Of a stretch of 64,000 bases of DNA, positions 48,312-56,535 are shown in pieces. Origin of the DNA: Polyangiales bacterium. Its GTDB lineage: Bacteria > Myxococcota_A > Polyangia > Polyangiales > Ga0077539. The stretch lies in the NCBI GenBank assembly GCA_044229975.1, contig JBGARZ010000003.1:608001-672000 (forward strand), in the 5' to 3' direction. Under the pieces are notes generated by a model. That model searched no databases, was not told where the DNA came from, and saw nothing but the letters and a program-made list of their open reading frames with translations. Numbering within the stretch: the stretch's first letter is position 1; each line of letters begins with the position of its first letter. A program made the position numbers and the translations under genes.

Positions 48312-49070
48312 ATGGCCACCGACACGGTTACGCTGAAGATCAAGCGCGGCGAGGCGGGCGGCGCCTCGCGCTGGGAAGAGTTCAAGGTCCCGCGCAAGCC
48401 GATGATGAACGTGATCTCCTGCCTGATGGAGATCCAGAAGAACCCGGTGACCACGGCGGGCGCGAGCACCACGCCGGTCAACTGGGAGGCGTCGTGCCTG
48501 GAGGAGGTCTGCGGCGCGTGCACGATGGTCATCAACGGCCGCGTGCGTCAGTCGTGCAGCGCCCTCATCAAGGACCTCTCGCCCAACGGTGAGCCCATCA
48601 CCCTCGAACCGATGACAAAGTTTCCGCGGGTGCGCGACCTCTCGGTCGACCGCTCGCGGATGTTCGACTCGCTGCGCAAGGTGAAGGCGTGGATCCAGAT
48701 CGACGGCTCGCACCAGCTCGGCGCGGGCCCGAAGGTCTCGCAGGAAGACCAGGAGGTCATGTACCCGCTGTCGCGCTGCATGACCTGCGGCTGCTGCGTC
48801 GAGGCGTGCCCCAACTACAACGACCGCTCGGACTTCATGGGCCCGCAGGTCATCTCCCTGGTGCGCATGTACAACATGCACCCGTCGGGGAAGATGCAGG
48901 CGGGCGGTCGCCTCGACGCCATCATGGGCGTCGGCGGCATCTCCGACTGCGGCAAGGCGCAAAACTGCGTTCAGGTCTGCCCGAAGGAGATTCCCCTCAC
49001 CGAGTCCATCTCCGTCATGGGCCGCGAGACCTTCAAGCGCGCCCTCTTCGGCTGGCTCTTGAAGGGGTGA
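48312..49070 (+). CDS. sdhB: Succinate dehydrogenase Fe-S subunit
   Basis: SCLEEVCGAC, CMTCGCCVEACP, CGKAQNCVQVCP. Confidence 0.97.
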   Translation: MATDTVTLKIKRGEAGGASRWEEFKVPRKPMMNVISCLMEIQKNPVTTAGASTTPVNWEASCLEEVCGACTMVINGRVRQSCSALIKDLSPNGEPITLEPMTKFPRVRDLSVDRSRMFDSLRKVKAWIQIDGSHQLGAGPKVSQEDQEVMYPLSRCMTCGCCVEACPNYNDRSDFMGPQVISLVRMYNMHPSGKMQAGGRLDAIMGVGGISDCGKAQNCVQVCPKEIPLTESISVMGRETFKRALFGWLLKG

Positions 49071-49083
49071 TCGTCGGCCGCCC

Positions 49084-49734
49084 ATGAAGGGTCGCCTTCT
49101 CACCCTCACCGCGCTCCTCCTGCTCGCCGACGCCGGCTGTCACCGCCGACGCTGGCGTCGCTACCACCACCAACAACACCGCGATGCCGGACCGCCCGAC
49201 ACCGGGCTCGTGGCAGTCGTCGACGCGGGCCCGCCGCCGTCGTCCATCCCGATGCCACCGGCCACCACGACGGTGTGCGAGACCGACGCCCAGTGTCCCG
49301 GTGGCGGCTATTGCTTCACCGCGGGCATGGAGGCCCAGTACAGCCGGGTGTTTCGCGACTGCCCCGACGGTCGGGCGTGGCGCGCGACGCACGCGCTCAA
49401 CACCTGCCTGCGCGCGGGCTGCGAGGCCGACGATCAGTGCCCCGCGGGCCAGCGCTGCGCCGACGTGCAGATGCTGCCGTTTCCGCAGCGGGCGTGTGTC
49501 CCGGCGACGTGCCGGACGATGTGGGACTGCCGTCGGCAACGCTTCGGTCGCTGCGTGGAGTACGTCTCGGGCGCGCAGTGCACCATCGGCGGCTGGGCGT
49601 GCTCGTATCCGGGTGATCCGTGCGCGCCGCAGGACCACGCGCGGCTCTGCCCGCCGCGCGCGGGGATGATCGCGCGGTGTGTGCCGCGCAACGGCCGCTT
49701 CGGGTGCGTGTACGAGCCGCCGCCGACGTTCTGA
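49084..49734 (+). CDS. Cys-rich secreted protein/lipoprotein
   Basis: Signal ending DAGC; CETDAQC, CEADDQC, CRTMWDC repeats. Confidence 0.7.
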   Translation: MKGRLLTLTALLLLADAGCHRRRWRRYHHQQHRDAGPPDTGLVAVVDAGPPPSSIPMPPATTTVCETDAQCPGGGYCFTAGMEAQYSRVFRDCPDGRAWRATHALNTCLRAGCEADDQCPAGQRCADVQMLPFPQRACVPATCRTMWDCRRQRFGRCVEYVSGAQCTIGGWACSYPGDPCAPQDHARLCPPRAGMIARCVPRNGRFGCVYEPPPTF

Positions 49735-49757
49735 CCGACGGGCGCTCTGGCGGATGG
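49683..49757 (+). repeat. Gene-end direct repeat, copy A (3' end of 49084..49734 gene)
   Basis: GCCGCGCAACGGCCGCTTCGGGTGCGTGTACGAGCCGCCGCCGACGTTCTGACC...; 48/54 identical to copy D by manual alignment. Confidence 0.85.
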
Positions 49758-49780
49758 AACCCCCTCTCAGGCGTCCCGGA

Positions 49781-50485
49781 TCAAAGGGTCGTCTGCGAGG
49801 CGCTGGGCGGGGGCGGGGGCGCGCCGGCCGGCAGCGCGAACTGCACGCCGCTGCCCGGCTGAAACTCCGGCGGGAACGCGATCAGCAAACCAATGCCGGC
49901 GCCGAATCCGATGGCGCCGCCGATGGTCATGCCGAGCGGCCAGCCGTCGAAGCCCGACTCGGCGATGGCCCCGAAGGTCGCGCCCGTCACGAGCGCGCCG
50001 ATGCCCAGCGAGACCAGCACCCACGAGGCGAGGCGGACGCCCCCGCGCGAGTTGGCGAGGCCGAGCGCGTGGCGGTAGCCCGTCGGCTGCGGGCCGACCA
50101 CGACGCTCGCGGTGCTCGTGCGGTCGGGGTCGACCAGCGACCGGAAGCGCAGGTCGTGGCTGCCCAACGCCAGTGTCGCGGTGCAGGGCGTGCGACAGAG
50201 CCCCTGGCCGATCTCGCCGGGCGTGACCGAGGTGCCGTAGCGGGAGACCGTCACGAGCTGGTAGCTGCCGACGATCTCCGAGACCTCGGCGGGGCCGTCT
50301 TGCACCTCGAGCGCGACCTGCCCGGCGCCGGGCACGGGCGGAGGCGCGGGCGGCATCGGCTGGGTGAGTTGGGCCGAAGGCGTCGCGGGCGGCGCGTACT
50401 GGCGCACGCCGCAGGCGTTGAGGGCGAACAGGGGCAGGACGAGGGTCGTCGTCAGAATCTTCTTCAAGGGTCCCTCCACGGTCAT
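49781..50485 (-). CDS. Lipoprotein with PEGA-like domain and two C-terminal TMs
   Basis: Lipobox LNAC; LCRTPCTATLALGSHDL; hydrophobic C-terminal helices. Confidence 0.7.
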   Translation of the reverse strand: MTVEGPLKKILTTTLVLPLFALNACGVRQYAPPATPSAQLTQPMPPAPPPVPGAGQVALEVQDGPAEVSEIVGSYQLVTVSRYGTSVTPGEIGQGLCRTPCTATLALGSHDLRFRSLVDPDRTSTASVVVGPQPTGYRHALGLANSRGGVRLASWVLVSLGIGALVTGATFGAIAESGFDGWPLGMTIGGAIGFGAGIGLLIAFPPEFQPGSGVQFALPAGAPPPPPSASQTTL

Positions 50486-50803
50486 GGGGTGAGCGCGCGC
50501 ACCGAGCGCACGATCACACTCAACTCATATGACAACTCGAACCGCGCTGTCTCAGGCGAAACCCCCGTCAGGGGTTCATCACGGGGCGCGTCGATACGAG
50601 CCGCGACGACGTTGCTGCCAAGCCGACAGGAGATTCAACGCGGCACCCTCCGAGGCACCGGCGCGCTCGGGGTTATCAAGATCGCCCGGTCTACCTGCTG
50701 ACGTTCGCTCGTCCGACCTTCGCCGCCGAGCCTCAGACGGTGGTCGACTTCATGGCCACCAGCCCGCGCAAGAAGCCCGCGACGCCCGCTTGGGGTCGAG
50801 CGC

Positions 50804-50867
50804 CACGCGCTACGTCTCACGCAACAGCCGCTTCGACTGCGTATACCGACAACCCGCGACCGTTCGA
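50804..50867 (+). repeat. Gene-end direct repeat, copy B (most degenerate)
   Basis: CGCAACAGCCGCTTCGACTGCGTATAC; translates TRYVSRNSRFDCVY versus ARCVPRNGRFGCVY in copy A. Confidence 0.65.
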
Positions 50868-50922
50868 GAGCGCGGGTCAGTTTGAACACAGCGCCCTGCG
50901 TCGCCGTGTACCGTCACAGCCC

Positions 50923-51591
50923 ATGGACGCCCTCCCCGCCGCGCTCGCGCTCGGTCTCCTGGCCGCGGGCTGCGCCGACGCCCACGCCCAGCCACGCGGG
51001 GACGCCGGCCCCGCCCAGGCCCGCCGCGACGCCGGCCCCGCCCGACGCTGGCTCCTTCCGTCGAGGGCGCCGCTCGGCAGCAGCGACTTCCGCGGCGATG
51101 GCGGAGTGCCGACGGCGTTCCGGACCGGGCCCGTGGACGACGCGCCGTACATCGGCGACATCTTCGCGGGCGCCGCCGCGTTCAGCGCCAGCCCTCCAAC
51201 GGCTTCGCAGGCCGCCGCTGCGGGGCTCGGAACCATCGGCGCACCGGCCCGTCAGGGACGCTTCGGGGCCCCCGAGAGCCGCGTGGGCGTCCCCCTCGAC
51301 AATGCGCGCATGTGGCTCACGGTGGCGGAGGGGTGGGTCCTGCGGTGCCTGGAGCGGGTGCGGCACGAGACGCCGTTCGACGTGCCGGTGCGCTTCACCG
51401 TGGCGCGCGACGGGGCGGCCGCGGACGTGGCGGCGGAGGGCGCCCCGGACTCTGTCCGTCAGTGCCTCGTGGAGGGTCTCGGTCACGCGCGCTTTCGCCC
51501 CTTCGCGCAGCCGACGGAGCTCGTCGCGCGCTATCGCTACACCGTGCGCGGGAGGCCATCGCAGGGGGCGGAGCCTCGCCGAGCGCCCTGA
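50923..51591 (+). CDS. Lipoprotein with C-terminal AgmX/PglI (TonB-C-like) domain
   Basis: Lipobox AAGC; LRCL...VRFTVARDG...VRQCLVEGLGHARF...YRY. Confidence 0.6.
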   Translation: MDALPAALALGLLAAGCADAHAQPRGDAGPAQARRDAGPARRWLLPSRAPLGSSDFRGDGGVPTAFRTGPVDDAPYIGDIFAGAAAFSASPPTASQAAAAGLGTIGAPARQGRFGAPESRVGVPLDNARMWLTVAEGWVLRCLERVRHETPFDVPVRFTVARDGAAADVAAEGAPDSVRQCLVEGLGHARFRPFAQPTELVARYRYTVRGRPSQGAEPRRAP

Positions 51592-51780
51592 CGAGCGGCC
51601 ACCCATCGGCCGCTCCGGTCCGATGAACTCCGCGTCGGCCTCCAGCTCGTCGAAGACACGGCGACGTCTGCGCAGGATCGACCCCCGCCGCCACCCCCGC
51701 CGCCACCCGCCGCCACCCCGTCCACGCTGTGTTTTCCGTGCGTTTCGCGCGGCACGCCTGCTGCTCGGTGCAGGCGCTCC

Positions 51781-52668
51781 ATGGGCGATCAACGCACGGC
51801 CTGGCACTACTACTTCGGGCTGTTGCTGACGGAGAAGGCGCCGCGCTGCTTCGAGGTGCAGCCCGAGGTCGCGCTCACGCAGGCGGTGCAGCACATCGAC
51901 TACCTCCTGCTCCGACGACGTCCGTGGAGCGCGCCGCCCGACCGCGGCGAGACGCTCGTCGACCTGTGGCCCGAGCTCCCGCTCATCAGCCTCGGCGAGT
52001 ACAAGAGCGCGTCGCGTCAGTACCGTCGCGGGGAGATTCACCGCCTCCTCGGGTACGGGCACCAGTACGCCAGCGAGCACGTCGAGGAGCTCATCGCGGG
52101 AGAGCTCGCGCTCGTGCTCTTCGTGGCTTCCCGCAACAAAGCCCTCGACGAGGACCTCCACCGGCTCGGCGCGCGCGAGCGGTCTCTCGGCGGTGGATAC
52201 ACCCGCATCGAGGGCGTCGCCTTCCCCATGCTGCGGGTCGACCTGTCGGCCGTCGCGGCGCGCGATCACGACGACTTCGTCGCCCTCTTCGCCGAGGCGG
52301 TGCCCATCCCCGAGGAGGCCCGCGACTGGTGGTACGGTCACTACGGAGCAAGCAAGGAGATCACCATGGACGCCAAGCGACGCGAGGAGTTCGAAGAACT
52401 CGAACGACGGTTCATCGAGTCACAGCCCATCGAGCGACGGCTCGCGGGGCTCGACCCCGAGGCCATCGCCCGCGCGCTCAAGCCCGAGCAGCGACTCGCC
52501 GGGCTCGCTCCCGAACAACGACTCGCTGGACTGACCAGCTCCGAAGCCGTGCTCGCGATGCCCGATGTCGTGCTCGCGGGTCTCACCGACGCCTTCGTCG
52601 ACACGCTCCCCGACGACGTCCGCGAGCGCGTGCGCACCCGCCGCGCGACCTACGCCGCCGGTCACTGA
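51781..52668 (+). CDS. Rpn-like PD-(D/E)XK nuclease-fold protein with C-terminal EQRLAGL repeats
   Basis: QHIDYLLL...LGEYKS; tail ERRLAGLDPE / EQRLAGLAPE / EQRLAGL. Confidence 0.65.
   Translation: MGDQRTAWHYYFGLLLTEKAPRCFEVQPEVALTQAVQHIDYLLLRRRPWSAPPDRGETLVDLWPELPLISLGEYKSASRQYRRGEIHRLLGYGHQYASEHVEELIAGELALVLFVASRNKALDEDLHRLGARERSLGGGYTRIEGVAFPMLRVDLSAVAARDHDDFVALFAEAVPIPEEARDWWYGHYGASKEITMDAKRREEFEELERRFIESQPIERRLAGLDPEAIARALKPEQRLAGLAPEQRLAGLTSSEAVLAMPDVVLAGLTDAFVDTLPDDVRERVRTRRATYAAGH
52366..52668 (+). CDS. Putative intragenic in-frame small protein (RpnS-like, 100 aa)
   Basis: AAGGAG at 52354-52359, 6-nt spacer, in-frame ATG at 52366 at the nuclease/repeat-tail boundary. Confidence 0.5.
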   Translation: MDAKRREEFEELERRFIESQPIERRLAGLDPEAIARALKPEQRLAGLAPEQRLAGLTSSEAVLAMPDVVLAGLTDAFVDTLPDDVRERVRTRRATYAAGH

Positions 52669-52690
52669 CTCCGCACGCCAGAGCAAGCGT

Positions 52691-52761
52691 CACACGACGG
52701 CTGCTTCGACGGCGTGTATGAGCCGCCGCCTACGTTCTGACCGACGCGCTCTGGCTGATGG
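52691..52761 (+). repeat. Gene-end direct repeat, copy C
   Basis: 47/56 identical to copy A, continuing past the stop (CGCTCTGGCTGATGG versus CGCTCTGGCGGATGG). Confidence 0.85.
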
Positions 52762-52933
52762 GCAGGGCGATGGAGTGAGCGGAGCGACGAGCCTCGGTCC
52801 ACGCGGTCGTAGCGTCACCCCATGTGCGGCGACGCGCCGTGCTCTCGCTCATGCCCGCGGCCCCGTCGGCGGCACGCGCGATCGGCAGGTCGCCTGATCG
52901 CCGCTCGCAGAACGCGAACGCGATCGACGCCCG

Positions 52934-55900
52934 CTACGGCTCCTCCCCCGAGCGGTACACGTCGTAGTGCTCGGCGCCGTCGTAGGCCAGCCGGATGGGG
53001 TTGTCGTCGCGCAGGCTCGACGCCGTCACCGGCACCTGCCCCGCCTCGTGGATCACCACCCCGCGCGAGAGAATGCCCCCCGCGATGCCCGCCTCGAAGG
53101 CGCTGCCCAGGAAGTGCCCGCCGCGCACGGCGGTGCGGTAGGCGTTGAGCTCGTCGTACCAGCGGAAGCCCACCTCGCCTCGCTGACGCGCGCGAAACAT
53201 CTCCCCGATGCACTCCTTCAGCGCGGGGTCGCCGATGCGCGCGCCCGCCCCGTCGACCGCGGCGCGTGAGTCGTTGATGGGCGGGAGGCTCGCGAAGAGC
53301 GCGTCGATCTCCCCGCGAATGGGCCCCTCGTAGGCGCGGTCCATGAGGTCGTCGGCGACGGCCGCGCGCAGGGTCGCGGCGGTGTGGCCTTCGAGCCCGC
53401 GGTCGGTGGCGCCGCGGGCGAGCGCGGCGAAGAGCGAGTCGGCGCCTCGCGGAATCGGGATGATCTTCGACGGGGGTTCGACGACGTCGTCCTCGGGCGG
53501 CGGCGGCGGTACCCCGTCGGGGCCGCCGATGTGCAGGTGGGGGATGCCGGGGCGCGCCCAGGGCGAACCCGCGGAGGGGTTCTCGAAGCGCGTGAGCATG
53601 TCGACCATGCACTCGATGGCCTTCTTCAGCGTGCGCTGCGTGAAGGTCTCTTCGACGTGCCCCGCCTGGCGCTTGTACTCCCAGATGAGGTCGCGCAGCG
53701 CGAGCACGGGGTAGCCCCGCACGAACGCGAGCTGCGGCCAGTCTTCGCCGCACTTCTGCACCGTGATCTTCAGGACGAGAGGGGTGTACGTGAAGCCCTC
53801 GCCGAAGCCGACCTCCGCGGGCCAGTACAGGCAGATGGAGTCCTCACCGTGGAGCTCGACCTTGAACTGCGTCGACTGCGGGTGTTCGAGGTACTGCACC
53901 ACGAGCGGGTGGATGAGCTCGCGCACCGTCGCCGGGTCTGCGTCGCCCTTGCAGTAGATCTTGAGGTCGACGCGGCGCAGCGGGTCGAGGTCGTCGGTGC
54001 GCTCGAAGTCCGCGTACTCGGCGTGGAGCATCGCGGCGAAGCTCCCGGCGACGGCGAAGCGCACCTCCAGGTCGTCCTCGTGCGCGAAGACCGACGCCGT
54101 GTAGATGGCCTTCACGAAGGCCCCGAGCACCGCGCGCTGCTCCTTCATGAACTTCGCCCGCGGCCCCGCCATGTGCTTGCCGACCGACTCCGCCACCCAC
54201 TGCGCGAACCCGATGCAGTCGCAGAGGCTCTCGTAGTCGCCGTTGTAGCCCGCCTGCTTCGCGATGGCGTCGGTGAGCGCGGGGGGATACTTCGCCTTGG
54301 CCTTGCGCGCGCCGAGGTTGGCGGAAAACAGCGTGTCGAAGCACGCCGCGAGGCCCGGGTCGACGTCGAGGTCGAGCGCCTCCGCGAACTGCTTGAGCAG
54401 CACCGTCAGCACCGACTTCTCGGCCACTGGTAGGCCGTCGACGGGCCCCACGCTCGCGGGGAGAATCTCCGGCGGGATGTGCGATCGCTCGCGCGCCACG
54501 TACTGCGCGAGGCCCGGCAGCACGAGCACCTCGCGCAGGCGCATCACGCGCTTCGGCGTCTTGCCGAGGGAGATGGTGCCGCCCGCGAAGATGTCGCGGA
54601 TCATCATCACATACTCGGCCACATAATAGAGGTGACCGGGGATGGGCATGCCGTCGACCACCATGAGGTCGGGGACGAAGTGCTCCCACTGCTCGAAGGC
54701 CTCGACGGTGTCGCGCCGGGGAATGCCGATGTCGATGAGCTCGGCCTTGCAGTTCTCCTTCACCACGTCGAGCTGGAACTCCTCGTCCTTGTCCTCCTCG
54801 GGTTCTCGCGTATCGGCGATGCGAATCGCGTCGTCGGCCTGCACCTCGCCGACCTCTTCGAGGGACGTGAGCAGCGAGTCGATGTCATCGCCCACCCGCG
54901 CTTCGTCGCCCTCCTCGGTGGTGCTCGCCTCCTGCGCGCGCCACTCGTCGACCGCGGCGCCAAACTCGTTGGCGTGCGCGTGGCACTGGATCACGAACTC
55001 CGCCTTCGCCTCCTGCAGGAAGACCAGCACGAGGTTGTGCACCTTCAGGAAGTTTTCGTACCAGGCGCCCGCGCGGAGGTTGGGGTTGATGACGATCTGC
55101 GTGTCCCAGTCGTTTTCGCCCTTCGTCGGCAGGCCCACGAGGTACTTCGCCGCGCGGCCGCCCTTGAGGAAGAAGCGCACGTCGTCGCCGCACGCGCCGT
55201 GCAGCCGCCCGTTGAGGTCGACGAGCTTGTCGCGCAGCCAGGTGAACAGCCACGCCTGCCGCTCGTGGTTGTGCAGCAGCGACGTGAGCACGCCGCTGAC
55301 CTCGATGCGCTTGGACGACGGGATGGCGCCGCCCGCCTCGATGCGAAACTTCACCAGCAGCCGAAACAGGTAGAAGGGCTCGATGATGTGGAAGTTCTGG
55401 ATGCAGCAGAGCCCGCTGTGGACGCGGCTCATCTCGCGGTGCGCCTGACCGAGCTTGCGCGCCACCTTGTCGAGGTCTGACCACGCGGCGGCGCGGCCGA
55501 TGTCGACGTCGAGGCCCGCGAGCCAGCGGTCGGCCGCGGTCAGCGCGGGCACGGCCACCTCGCCGTTGCTGTAGAACGACCGAACCGTCAGCAGGTTGGT
55601 GAGCGCGCGGGTGGCGCGGGCGCGGGCCGCGCCGGAGAGATCCGTCTTGTCGTCGACGCCCTCGGCCGCGGCCTCGCGCAGCTTGCCGAGGTCCTTCTCC
55701 ACCTTGTCGATGAGCTCGTTGACGCCGCCTTCGGCGTCCTTCGCCTGCGCCATCAGCCGCGGCGGCGTCGACTCGAAGTAGCAGAACTTCGACAGCTCAT
55801 CGCCCTCCTTCGCCTTGCGCGCGTCGTCGTCCGTGATGCCGCGCGAGGCGTCGCGCACGAGCCGCTGGTAGGTGTTCTGCAACGCCTGGAGCGGGTGCAC

Positions 55901-56521
55901 CGAGGCGGCGGCCCAGAGGAGCGCAGCGTCCTTCTGCTTGGGGTATACGACGTCCGCGCCGGTCTTCCGACTGGCCAGCGCCGCGAGCTCGCCGAAGAGG
56001 TCGGACGGCTCCCAGATCAGCTTCGCCAGCGGGTCATCGGAGTCGGGCCAGTCGAAGTCGTCGTAGCGCTTCTGCAGCCCCACGATGACGTCCCGCGCGC
56101 GCAGCAGGTAGAAGCTGAGCATGTCCCCGAGGAGCTTCTTCTCGCGCTCCGTGCGGCCGAAGTTCTGCCCCTTCCAGTAGGCGCGCGGCGGCTTCGCGGT
56201 GCCCTCCTCTTCGAGCGACACGTGCGCGCTCATCTGCCCGCTGCCGAAGATGCGCTCCATGATGACGTCGGTGTCATCGCCGGGGCGAAACTTCCGGCTC
56301 CAGAGCGAGCGGTGCAGCGTGACATGGGCGGGCAGCGTCGCGAACTCGCCGAGGTCTTCGCGCGCCCGGCGCCCCCGCTCGCTCTCGTCGGTGAGCTCGC
56401 CGCCGTAGCCGTCGGTGTGGTTGATGCCGACGGTGGCGGCGTTCGGGTCGTCCTGCGCGATGCCGAAGCCGAGCTTCTCGTACCACTCCATCTTCGTCGC
56501 GGTGAGGATCTTCCTGGGCAT
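52934..56521 (-). CDS. Large multidomain protein: two nucleotidyltransferase-fold domains + C-terminal OTU-like domain (Cys>Ser)
   Basis: FFLKGGRA...NDWDTQI...ELIDIGIP; FAVAGSFA...RVDLKI; IPRGADSLFAAL...LRAAVA...IRLAYDGAEHYD; GGAGG RBS before ATG 56521. Confidence 0.72.
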   Translation of the reverse strand: MPRKILTATKMEWYEKLGFGIAQDDPNAATVGINHTDGYGGELTDESERGRRAREDLGEFATLPAHVTLHRSLWSRKFRPGDDTDVIMERIFGSGQMSAHVSLEEEGTAKPPRAYWKGQNFGRTEREKKLLGDMLSFYLLRARDVIVGLQKRYDDFDWPDSDDPLAKLIWEPSDLFGELAALASRKTGADVVYPKQKDAALLWAAASVHPLQALQNTYQRLVRDASRGITDDDARKAKEGDELSKFCYFESTPPRLMAQAKDAEGGVNELIDKVEKDLGKLREAAAEGVDDKTDLSGAARARATRALTNLLTVRSFYSNGEVAVPALTAADRWLAGLDVDIGRAAAWSDLDKVARKLGQAHREMSRVHSGLCCIQNFHIIEPFYLFRLLVKFRIEAGGAIPSSKRIEVSGVLTSLLHNHERQAWLFTWLRDKLVDLNGRLHGACGDDVRFFLKGGRAAKYLVGLPTKGENDWDTQIVINPNLRAGAWYENFLKVHNLVLVFLQEAKAEFVIQCHAHANEFGAAVDEWRAQEASTTEEGDEARVGDDIDSLLTSLEEVGEVQADDAIRIADTREPEEDKDEEFQLDVVKENCKAELIDIGIPRRDTVEAFEQWEHFVPDLMVVDGMPIPGHLYYVAEYVMMIRDIFAGGTISLGKTPKRVMRLREVLVLPGLAQYVARERSHIPPEILPASVGPVDGLPVAEKSVLTVLLKQFAEALDLDVDPGLAACFDTLFSANLGARKAKAKYPPALTDAIAKQAGYNGDYESLCDCIGFAQWVAESVGKHMAGPRAKFMKEQRAVLGAFVKAIYTASVFAHEDDLEVRFAVAGSFAAMLHAEYADFERTDDLDPLRRVDLKIYCKGDADPATVRELIHPLVVQYLEHPQSTQFKVELHGEDSICLYWPAEVGFGEGFTYTPLVLKITVQKCGEDWPQLAFVRGYPVLALRDLIWEYKRQAGHVEETFTQRTLKKAIECMVDMLTRFENPSAGSPWARPGIPHLHIGGPDGVPPPPPEDDVVEPPSKIIPIPRGADSLFAALARGATDRGLEGHTAATLRAAVADDLMDRAYEGPIRGEIDALFASLPPINDSRAAVDGAGARIGDPALKECIGEMFRARQRGEVGFRWYDELNAYRTAVRGGHFLGSAFEAGIAGGILSRGVVIHEAGQVPVTASSLRDDNPIRLAYDGAEHYDVYRSGEEP

Positions 56522-56535
56522 CGCGTGACCTCCCG

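Noticed and set aside
46299..49109. 936-aa minus-strand ORF
   Set aside because: Antisense shadow of sdhAB, caused by GC3 bias.
50529..50885. 118-aa ORF as a real gene
   Set aside because: No RBS or domain pattern; only its end matches repeat copy B, so it is better read as a remnant.
51681..51720. Short (ACCCCCGCCGCC)-type tandem repeat upstream of the Rpn-like gene
   Set aside because: About three imperfect GC-rich units with no evidence of function.
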